Source: Cetobacterium sp.
GTDB taxonomy: Bacteria > Fusobacteriota > Fusobacteriia > Fusobacteriales > Fusobacteriaceae
Strand: one strand, 5' to 3'
Assembly: GCF_051649505.1 (NCBI RefSeq)
Contig: NZ_JBOFHF010000039.1
Length of the DNA stretch: 64,000 nucleotides
The translations under genes and the position numbers were made by a program. Shown here in pieces: positions 26,082 to 33,704 of the stretch (position 1 is its first letter; each line of letters starts with the position of its first letter). The notes beneath the pieces are model-generated. The model was not told the origin of the DNA, did no database searches, and saw only the letters and a program-made list of their open reading frames with translations.

Positions 26082-26090
26082 TGATATAAT
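26082..26090 (+). promoter_or_regulatory. Extended -10 promoter for the small toxin-like ORF
   Basis: TGaTATAAT; predicted start near 26097-26098. Confidence 0.6.
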
Positions 26091-26135
26091 TAGTATCAGT
26101 GGTTACTTACCCTAGAAAGGGGGTGTAGTCATTAA

Positions 26136-26195
26136 ATGCAAAGAATTATAATCGTTATTGCCCTTTTTTTACTACTTGCTAAAAAAGGATACTAA
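26136..26195 (+). CDS. 19-aa hydrophobic peptide MQRIIIVIALFLLLAKKGY, candidate Ibs-like type I toxin
   Basis: Strong AGAAAGGGGGTG SD-like element upstream, single hydrophobic helix, terminal Tyr, own promoter and terminator. Absent from the ORF track because of its size. Confidence 0.7.
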   Translation: MQRIIIVIALFLLLAKKGY

Positions 26196-26204
26196 GTAAT
26201 CACT

Positions 26205-26235
26205 AGCTAGGTGCCTCACTCACCTAGCTTTTTTT
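26205..26235 (+). terminator. Intrinsic terminator of the small-ORF mRNA
   Basis: AGCTAGGTG/CACCTAGCT 9-bp stem, loop CCTCACT, T-run. Confidence 0.85.
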
Positions 26236-26259
26236 AAGAAAAAAATACTGGGAGAAGAG

Positions 26260-27093
26260 ATGAAAAGAGTTACGGGGTTATTATTTTTATTACCACAATT
26301 GGTGTTAGGGCAGGATAGTTGGAGAGGGATTCCATATCCTATGAACCGTTGGGGTGTGTCAGTTATGGGTGTTAAGCAGACTGAGAAAGGAAACTTGACA
26401 GAGGCTAGTGTTTCGGGAATAAAAATAGGAGAAAAGTTAACTGCAAATGTAGACTTTTTAAAACCAGAGGATTTGAAGATGGATGCAGATGTTCAAATAG
26501 TTAAGGTGGATTATTTTGTATTACCGTTTTTAAATTTATATGCAATAGGTGGAAAATTAGAGGCAGCAGCTCAGTTTAATTTAGGGAGAGCTAATGTAAA
26601 TTTTGATAGTACAGGTAAACCAGTTTTAGATGGTCTTTTAGGGGCTGTTGGAGATGGGATAGCAGAATATGTTCCTAAAAGTATAGAGTATAAATCAGAA
26701 GGAAAGTTATATGGAGCAGGAGCTTTAATAGCTGGAGAGTACAATAGAGTTTTCTCATCACTTCAATATACATATACAAGAATAGAGATGGATGGAGATG
26801 TAGCAGCTAAAAGTGCTGAGGTTGCAGCAGGAAGAGTTGGTTATGTAGTTTATCGTAATAAAGGCTATTCTGTAACACCTTATTTAGGTGCAGCTTATCA
26901 AAAAACTGAGAGTTCATTATCTGGTCCGATTCCTGGGTTAGAGGGTGTGAATTATCAGTTCCAAATGGAGCTAGAAAAAGTAACACCATCAGTTGGAGTT
27001 TTCACAGTAATAAATGATAGTTTTACAGTTTTAGTGGATTATTCGTTTGGAGATAGAGAGACTTTAGCTATAGATTTAGGGTATAGATTTTAG
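26260..27093 (+). CDS. Hypothetical outer-membrane beta-barrel protein
   Basis: Signal peptide, amphipathic strands, C-terminal LGYRF BAM-type signal. Confidence 0.65.
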   Translation: MKRVTGLLFLLPQLVLGQDSWRGIPYPMNRWGVSVMGVKQTEKGNLTEASVSGIKIGEKLTANVDFLKPEDLKMDADVQIVKVDYFVLPFLNLYAIGGKLEAAAQFNLGRANVNFDSTGKPVLDGLLGAVGDGIAEYVPKSIEYKSEGKLYGAGALIAGEYNRVFSSLQYTYTRIEMDGDVAAKSAEVAAGRVGYVVYRNKGYSVTPYLGAAYQKTESSLSGPIPGLEGVNYQFQMELEKVTPSVGVFTVINDSFTVLVDYSFGDRETLAIDLGYRF

Positions 27094-27118
27094 TTTATAA
27101 ACAATATACATGTATCAC

Positions 27119-27152
27119 CTAAAGTATAAAAAGTGATATTTTTATACTTTAG
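27119..27152. repeat. Perfect 14-bp inverted repeat (candidate operator) over the fic promoter
   Basis: CTAAAGTATAAAAA-gtgata-TTTTTATACTTTAG, just upstream of TGaTATAAT (27156-27164). Confidence 0.7.
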
Positions 27153-27194
27153 ATATGATATAATCATTTATAAAATAAAAAAAAGGTGATTTAT

Positions 27195-28412
27195 ATGACT
27201 AAGTATGAAGAGTTGTTGAAGTTATATTATAAAAAACAAAATATAACAGAAGAGTTGGAAAAAAGATTAACTAATCCATGTACATATAAAACAGAATTAG
27301 AGATTTTTCCTATTTCAAAAGAAAAAAGAGTTATGGATCAAAAATTTGAACTATTCTATTTACCGATAGGGGATATATTGCTTTTAGAGGAGAAGATATA
27401 TAGACAGAGTGCAGAGATTCAAAGATTGTCTATAAACTTACCGATGATAGCAAGAGTTTCTTGTATCAGAGAGATTATGGTTAATGAAATTATAAAGACA
27501 AATGGAATAGAGGGAGTAAGAACTACTAAGAAAGATGTCTATGAAAGTATGGATTCGAAAAAGAAAACTAGGCTTTCTGGAATTATAAATAAATATAATC
27601 AAATAATAGAAAATAATATTGAGAGAATAGATTCTCCAGAAGAGATTAAAGAGTTATATGAATATATATTTTCTCAGGATATTTTGGAAAATCCAGAAAA
27701 TAGACTGGATGGAAAGCTGTTTAGAAAAGGAAGAATCCATATAAGTAATGGATTGAAAACGGTTCATATAGGAGATACATCTGAAGAGATGATTATATCT
27801 CATATTACAGATTTGGTTAAATTTATGAATAAAAGTGATATTCAAAGTCTTGTAAAAGCGTCGATAGCTCACTATTATTTAGAGTATATTCATCCGTTTT
27901 ACGATGGGAATGGACGTTTTGGAAGATTGCTATTTTCGATGTATTTGGCAAGAAAAACTGATGTTTTTACAGCACTTTCTCTTTCGTATGCAATATTTTC
28001 TGATAAAGATGGATATTCAAAGCTGTTTTTAGATGTTTCAAATCCTAGAAATTGTGGAGAGGTAACATTTTTTGTAAAAGGTATGTTGGAATTTATTTTG
28101 AAAGGGCAAGAAAGTATAATAGAGATGCTAAATCAAAATATAGTGAAGTTAGAATTTGCATTTCAGTATATAAAAGATTGTAGTTTAACAGAGATAGAAA
28201 GTGAGATTTTATCGATATATGTTCAAGGTTATATTTTTGCAGAGAGATCTCATATGAAAGATTCTGAAATTTTAGAGTATTTACCAATAAAAAGTAAATT
28301 GACTCTAAAAAAACATCTAGATTCGTTAGTAGATAAAAATTACCTTCAACAGATATCTAAGAGACCTTCTCAACATAGTTTAAGTGAATTTTTGAAAGGT
28401 GAGTTTGAATAA
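27195..28412 (+). CDS. Fic family protein with C-terminal winged-helix-like tail
   Basis: HPFYDGNGRFGR Fic motif and N-terminal TNGIEG inhibitory-type motif. GTG 27186 is an alternative start. Confidence 0.9.
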   Translation: MTKYEELLKLYYKKQNITEELEKRLTNPCTYKTELEIFPISKEKRVMDQKFELFYLPIGDILLLEEKIYRQSAEIQRLSINLPMIARVSCIREIMVNEIIKTNGIEGVRTTKKDVYESMDSKKKTRLSGIINKYNQIIENNIERIDSPEEIKELYEYIFSQDILENPENRLDGKLFRKGRIHISNGLKTVHIGDTSEEMIISHITDLVKFMNKSDIQSLVKASIAHYYLEYIHPFYDGNGRFGRLLFSMYLARKTDVFTALSLSYAIFSDKDGYSKLFLDVSNPRNCGEVTFFVKGMLEFILKGQESIIEMLNQNIVKLEFAFQYIKDCSLTEIESEILSIYVQGYIFAERSHMKDSEILEYLPIKSKLTLKKHLDSLVDKNYLQQISKRPSQHSLSEFLKGEFE

Positions 28413-28474
28413 GAAAATTATAGAAAAGATTTAAAGGTTAAGCCTAGTATAAACTGCTAAAGGATGGTGGTGAA

Positions 28475-29281
28475 ATGCTAGGCTTAGTTTGTATGTTAGA
28501 TGGAAAAGGGATGAAAAAAGGTGTGGCATCTTTAAAGGCTTTCAATCTCGAAAAGGTTAGAGTGGCTGCACTTTTCAATCTCGATTATACTTTAGAAACA
28601 ATAAGATTTTGTAGACTTAAAGGTTATATATATAGAATGTCGTCTTCGGTTATTCCTTATCCTGATTGCTGGGAGTGGAATAAAGATGAAGAGATTTTGA
28701 AAAAATTAGCTCAGATAAAAAAACAGAGTTCAAAGATTCGGTTAATCATACATCCAGATCAGTTTGTGGTTTTAAATAGTGATTCGGAAAGTGTGATAAA
28801 AAACTCTTTAAAAATTTTGCAAAGTCAGACTGATTTTGCAAAGTTAGCAGGAGCGAGTGATTTGGTTTTACATATTGGAAAAAAAGATGGGATTCAAAAG
28901 TTTATAGAAACTTTTGAAAAATTAGACGATTACACAAAAAGTATTTTAGTTTTAGAAAATTGTCACTACTATAAGGTAGATGAAGTTTTAAAACTGTGTG
29001 AAAAGATTGGGATTCCGATGGTTTTAGATGTTCATCACGCGAGGGTTACAAATAGTGAAGGGTATGATGTAGAAAAAATAAAGGCGACTTGGAAAGATAG
29101 AAAGCCACTCGCTCATATCTCTTCTGGAAAAGAGTCTGAGGATGATAAATCTCATGCTGATTATATATCAGAAGAGGATGTTCAGAAGTTTGGATGGCTT
29201 TTTCAAGAGTTTGACGTAGAGGTTGAAGCGAAAAAAAAGGAGCGAGCACTTGAAAAGTTAGAAAGAGACCAGAAAATTTAG
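28475..29281 (+). CDS. uvsE: UV DNA damage repair endonuclease UvsE/UvdE
   Basis: YRMSSSVIP, HPDQFVVLNS, LVLEN, DVHH, H.SS and HADYI motifs. Confidence 0.85.
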   Translation: MLGLVCMLDGKGMKKGVASLKAFNLEKVRVAALFNLDYTLETIRFCRLKGYIYRMSSSVIPYPDCWEWNKDEEILKKLAQIKKQSSKIRLIIHPDQFVVLNSDSESVIKNSLKILQSQTDFAKLAGASDLVLHIGKKDGIQKFIETFEKLDDYTKSILVLENCHYYKVDEVLKLCEKIGIPMVLDVHHARVTNSEGYDVEKIKATWKDRKPLAHISSGKESEDDKSHADYISEEDVQKFGWLFQEFDVEVEAKKKERALEKLERDQKI

Positions 29282-29295
29282 ATCTGGTCTCTTTT
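29262..29295. terminator. Bidirectional terminator; copy 1 of a 29-bp direct repeat
   Basis: AAAGAGACCAGA/TCTGGTCTCTTT stem overlapping the uvsE stop. Confidence 0.8.
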
Positions 29296-29309
29296 AAAGT
29301 TGTTTAAAG

Positions 29310-30290
29310 TTATTTTATAGTGGATCTTCGTATAACAAGAGATGGTAAAATTTCAAAGTTTCCAAAATGATAGAATCTCTCTTCTGATATTTGATTTAAA
29401 AGAATCTCAAACCCCTTTTCGACAATCTCTTGAATCGGTTGATTTACACTTGTAATTTTTAAAATCTGAGATAAAATTGTATTATCAAAACTAGCAACCA
29501 TAGTATCTTTTGGTATATTTATATCACGAGCTTCAAGCTCTTTAATAAGCTCATATGCTACAGTATCGTTTGTTGTAAAAAATCCATCAGGATATTTAGA
29601 CAGAGTACCCAAGAACTTTTTAATGTAGTTTTTTATTTCGAAGTTTGAAAGAGGTGTATTAGGTGTGAAAATACACATATTTTCATCGACTCCAAATCCC
29701 TTTTCATAAAGTTCACTTTGAAATCCAATATATTTCTCATCATTTTCAGGTCCTATATAAGCTAGATTAACCCTTCCTTGTTCGATAAAGTGCTTTGCAA
29801 CAAGTTCCCCACCATATCTGTGATTAGTTGAGATACTATTTGTTTCTGGGAATTGGTTTGTCAAAGTTATATGTGGAATATTTCTATTTTTAAGATACCT
29901 TATATTTTCAGCAGAGTTGGCCACAACAATAACCCCATCAACATTTCTTCTTATAAAATTATTTATATTTTCAAATTCAATTTCAGGACTTCCTTGAGAG
30001 TTGTGTAGGATAATGTTGAATCCATTTTTTGTAGCTATTTTCTCCAAATGATCCAAAATTTCTATAAAATATGGATTCGTTAAATTTGGAATTGAAACTC
30101 CTATTAAAAAAGAGTTGCTTTTCTTAAGAGACTGTGCGGCTAAATTCGGTTGGTAGTTTAGTTCTTTGATCCACTTTCTAACTACTTTAACTTTTTCCTC
30201 ATCAACGTTTTCAGGAGTATTTAAGACTCTAGAAACGGTCGAAAGAGAAACTCCAGCTTTTTCAGCGACTAATTTCATTGTTATTTTCAT
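29310..30290 (-). CDS. LacI-family transcriptional regulator
   Basis: TMKLVAEKAGVSLSTVSRVLN HTH, YQPNLAAQSL hinge, sugar-binding core. Confidence 0.95.
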   Translation of the reverse strand: MKITMKLVAEKAGVSLSTVSRVLNTPENVDEEKVKVVRKWIKELNYQPNLAAQSLKKSNSFLIGVSIPNLTNPYFIEILDHLEKIATKNGFNIILHNSQGSPEIEFENINNFIRRNVDGVIVVANSAENIRYLKNRNIPHITLTNQFPETNSISTNHRYGGELVAKHFIEQGRVNLAYIGPENDEKYIGFQSELYEKGFGVDENMCIFTPNTPLSNFEIKNYIKKFLGTLSKYPDGFFTTNDTVAYELIKELEARDINIPKDTMVASFDNTILSQILKITSVNQPIQEIVEKGFEILLNQISEERFYHFGNFEILPSLVIRRSTIK

Positions 30291-30304
30291 ATACACTCCT
30301 TCTT

Positions 30305-30318
30305 AGAGAACGTTTTCA
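30305..30318. promoter_or_regulatory. Candidate LacI operator (lacI side)
   Basis: AGAGAACGTTTTCA, imperfect palindrome centred on CG. Confidence 0.55.
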
Positions 30319-30423
30319 TACAATGTATTATACATTAATTTTTCAAAAAATCAAATATTTTAATTTTTTTGTTCTTTATTAGAAAAAAAAGAATCAAAAT
30401 AGAAGATTAAAACATAAAAACAA

Positions 30424-30473
30424 TTGACTTTTGGATTAAAAAGTATTATACTCATCTCAATAAAACGTTTTCA
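30424..30473 (+). promoter_or_regulatory. Promoter plus LacI-type operator of the sugar ABC operon
   Basis: TTGACT-N17-TATACT followed by ATAAAACGTTTTCA (30460-30473). Confidence 0.7.
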
Positions 30474-30537
30474 CAAATTTGAAAAAATTTTCAAAATAAA
30501 AATATAGATAAACAAAAAGTTAATAAAGGAGAAAATT

Positions 30538-31917
30538 ATGAAAAAATTAATTTTATTAGGAGCAATGAGTTTATTAGTTATGAGTTGTGGAGAGAAAGAG
30601 AGTAAAAACAAAGAGATAACAATCTGGACACAGGCGTCTGCAGAACATCCAGAAGGGAAGATGTTCCAAACAAGAGCTGAAGAATACAATAAAAGTTTTC
30701 CAGATAAATTACCTATAAAAATTCAGAATTTCACAAGAGCTGGTGCAGGATCAGGTTATATGGATAAGCTAAATGCAGCAATAACGGCTTCAGATGCCCC
30801 AGATATATTTACATTGGATGGACCGGATATAGCTTCTTATGCTACTGCTGGAGTGATAAAACAGCTAGATAATGTTATGAATGAAGAATTTTTATCAGGA
30901 TTTACAAAAGCGATTAAAGAACAAGGAACTATAGATAATAAATTTTATGGAATAGGGTATCAAGATTCTGGAGTTATCATTTTATATAACGAGGAGATAA
31001 TAGAGATGTTACCTCAGGATGTAAAATCTTTAATTCCTATGACCCCTGAGGCTGATTGGACATGGGATGATTTTTATAAAATATCTTTAGCGGTTAAAGA
31101 GCTAAAATCAAATCCAGAATTTAAAGAGACTGAAACAATAAAAAAATTAGAACTTCCTGTAAGTTTTGCATTGGGAGATATCGTTAAAGGTGGTTATGAG
31201 ATAGCGATGTATTATCTTGCACCTATTATATGGACGAATAACTCTAATGTGGTTTCAGAAGATGGATTGACTACTGATGGATATTTGAATAATCCTAAAA
31301 CAATAGAAGCCTTACAAGTATTTGGAAAGTTTTTCAGAGATGATTTAGGTGGGGTAGTAGAGTCAGAAAAAGCCTTTCATAATGGAAAAGCTGCTTTAGC
31401 AGTTGCAGGTTCTTGGTATATTCCAGATTTAACAAATAACTACCCAGAGTTAAAATATAGAGCGTTGAAATATCCGAAAATATCAAAAGAATTTACAGGA
31501 AATTATACACCTTCAGGAAGTTGGGCTTTCGTTGTAAATGGAGCCTTAAAAAATGATGACTTTAAAACGAAAGAGGTACTTGAAGCTCTAGAGTGGATGA
31601 CAAATGATGATTCAGTGAAAGTTTATTATAATGCAAATAACTCTATACCTGTAAGAGCATCTATGATAGATATAATTGATACAAATACACCAAACCAAAA
31701 TTTTAATGAAGCTTGGACAGCTTTAAAAAACGAAGTTAAAAATACAAATAAAGCTAGACCGAATTCACCGATTTATCCATATATTTCTGAAACTTTTGCA
31801 AAAGATATAATATCAAAAATTGCAAGAGAGAAAACTGCGGATTTTGAAATGATAAAAAAATATACAGACGAAGCTATAATAAAAATTGATAGAGAGGCTA
31901 AAAAATACAGAAAATAG
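30538..31917 (+). CDS. Sugar ABC transporter substrate-binding lipoprotein
   Basis: Lipobox LVMSC, PDIFTLDG and AVAGSW motifs of family 1 SBPs. Confidence 0.88.
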   Translation: MKKLILLGAMSLLVMSCGEKESKNKEITIWTQASAEHPEGKMFQTRAEEYNKSFPDKLPIKIQNFTRAGAGSGYMDKLNAAITASDAPDIFTLDGPDIASYATAGVIKQLDNVMNEEFLSGFTKAIKEQGTIDNKFYGIGYQDSGVIILYNEEIIEMLPQDVKSLIPMTPEADWTWDDFYKISLAVKELKSNPEFKETETIKKLELPVSFALGDIVKGGYEIAMYYLAPIIWTNNSNVVSEDGLTTDGYLNNPKTIEALQVFGKFFRDDLGGVVESEKAFHNGKAALAVAGSWYIPDLTNNYPELKYRALKYPKISKEFTGNYTPSGSWAFVVNGALKNDDFKTKEVLEALEWMTNDDSVKVYYNANNSIPVRASMIDIIDTNTPNQNFNEAWTALKNEVKNTNKARPNSPIYPYISETFAKDIISKIAREKTADFEMIKKYTDEAIIKIDREAKKYRK

Positions 31918-31932
31918 AAAAGGGGAAGTGAG

Positions 31933-32814
31933 ATGCGAATTCTAAAAAAAATAGATAAAGAGAGTATAGCGGGATTAGGGTTTCTAACACCTGCAATTAT
32001 ATTGATTTCATTATTTGTAATAGGTCCTATGCTGATAGCATTTTCGTATGGATTTACAGATTATCATCTGTTGAGACCTCATGCTAAGGAGTTTATAGGT
32101 TTAGATAACTTTAAATATATGTTAAAAGATCCAATAATGTTTAAAAGTTTTTTGAATACAACGTTATTTGTGGTTTTAGTTGTTCCTCTACAACTTTCAA
32201 TGGCACTTTGCTTTGCCTTGATAATAAATAAAAATTTTAAAGGGAATATAATTTCAAAGCTCGCATTTTTCTCGCCAGCTGTGTTATCACTTGTTGTAAT
32301 CTCAATTTTATGGAGTATCTTACTAAATCCAAACTCGGGATTATTGAATCAATTTTTAGAACTTTTAGGATTCGAAAAACAGCCATTTCTTCATAGTGTG
32401 ACTCAAGCCATGCCAACAATAGCGTTTATCTCGGCTTGGTCAGGATGTGGATACCAGATGCTTATATTCCTTTCTGGTTTAAAAAATATTCCAAATGAAC
32501 TGTATGAAGCTGCAAAAATCGATGGGGCAAATAGATTCCAAAGTTTTATATATGTGACATTACCATGTCTAAAACCTATAACTGTATTCCTAGTTGTTAC
32601 AACAATAATCGGAGCCTTTAAACTTATTGTTCAACCTATGGTTATGACAGGTGGTGGACCAGATAATGCAACTATGACGATTTTACAATATATATATGAA
32701 TATGGATTTAGACATAGAAATACCGGATATTCAAGTGCAGTGACGATAGTCTTTGTAGTTATGTTAGTTATACTATCATTAATATTTAAAAAGTTTATAC
32801 ATGAGGAGGATTAA
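31933..32814 (+). CDS. Sugar ABC transporter permease
   Basis: FIGLDNF and the ELYEAAKIDGA EAA motif. Confidence 0.92.
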   Translation: MRILKKIDKESIAGLGFLTPAIILISLFVIGPMLIAFSYGFTDYHLLRPHAKEFIGLDNFKYMLKDPIMFKSFLNTTLFVVLVVPLQLSMALCFALIINKNFKGNIISKLAFFSPAVLSLVVISILWSILLNPNSGLLNQFLELLGFEKQPFLHSVTQAMPTIAFISAWSGCGYQMLIFLSGLKNIPNELYEAAKIDGANRFQSFIYVTLPCLKPITVFLVVTTIIGAFKLIVQPMVMTGGGPDNATMTILQYIYEYGFRHRNTGYSSAVTIVFVVMLVILSLIFKKFIHEED

Positions 32815-32815
32815 G

Positions 32816-33661
32816 ATGAAAAGTAGATTGAGTTTAAAAAAAATAGGTTTTCATATATTTGTAATGAGTTTATCTCTACTATTTATACTTCCTCTATTTT
32901 GGATGATATCCTCATCATTTAAAACTGAACAGCAGATATATTCTGATATGACATCACTGAGAGCGTTTTTTCCAAACCTTAAAAACTTTACGGTAAAACC
33001 CTATACAGAACTGTTGAGTTCATATAATATTTTTAGGAATATGCTAAATAGTTTATTTTATTCTGTTATAACCGTAGCATCAAGTTTAGTTATCAACTCT
33101 TTAGCTGGTTATGCTCTAGCTAAGATGAAAATACCTTTTAAAAAGATATTTATGATAGCGATAGTTGGACTAATTATTGTTCCTACAGAAGCTACTATAC
33201 TACCGATGTATCTGATAGTAAATAGATTGGGACTAGTAAATACTATTCCTGGAGTTGTATTGCCATTCTCAGCGAGTGTTATGAGTATATTTTTATACAG
33301 ACAATATTTTTTAAAGTTTCCAACAGAACTTATTGAAGCTGGAAAAATTGATGGATTATCATCAGTTCAAATATTCTTTAGAATTGTAGTTCCAGTTAGT
33401 ATTCCAATATACATAACAACTGGAGTCTTAGCTTTCTTAGCCTCTTGGAACGATTTCTTATGGCCGGTTATGGTTATAAGTAGAGAGAGAATGATGCCGA
33501 TTCAAGTTGCTCTTAGTGCAATATTTGCAGATAGAGAAAATATATTCACAAACCATATGATGGCAGGATTAACCCTAGCAACTATTCCTGTAATTCTTAT
33601 ATATCTAATTTTCCAAAAATATATTGTTCAAGGAATAGCAACAACAGGGTCAAAAGGATAA
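32816..33661 (+). CDS. Sugar ABC transporter permease
   Basis: ELIEAGKIDG EAA motif and WNDFLWP. ATG 32816 follows GAGGAGG. Confidence 0.92.
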   Translation: MKSRLSLKKIGFHIFVMSLSLLFILPLFWMISSSFKTEQQIYSDMTSLRAFFPNLKNFTVKPYTELLSSYNIFRNMLNSLFYSVITVASSLVINSLAGYALAKMKIPFKKIFMIAIVGLIIVPTEATILPMYLIVNRLGLVNTIPGVVLPFSASVMSIFLYRQYFLKFPTELIEAGKIDGLSSVQIFFRIVVPVSIPIYITTGVLAFLASWNDFLWPVMVISRERMMPIQVALSAIFADRENIFTNHMMAGLTLATIPVILIYLIFQKYIVQGIATTGSKG

Positions 33662-33704
33662 AGTTAAAAGATTAAAATAAAGATATAATAAAAGGAGATA
33701 AAAG

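Noticed and set aside
30538-33661. Sugar ABC operon lacking an ATPase gene
   Set aside because: This is common for CUT1 systems, which share an MsmX/MsmK-type ATPase encoded elsewhere.
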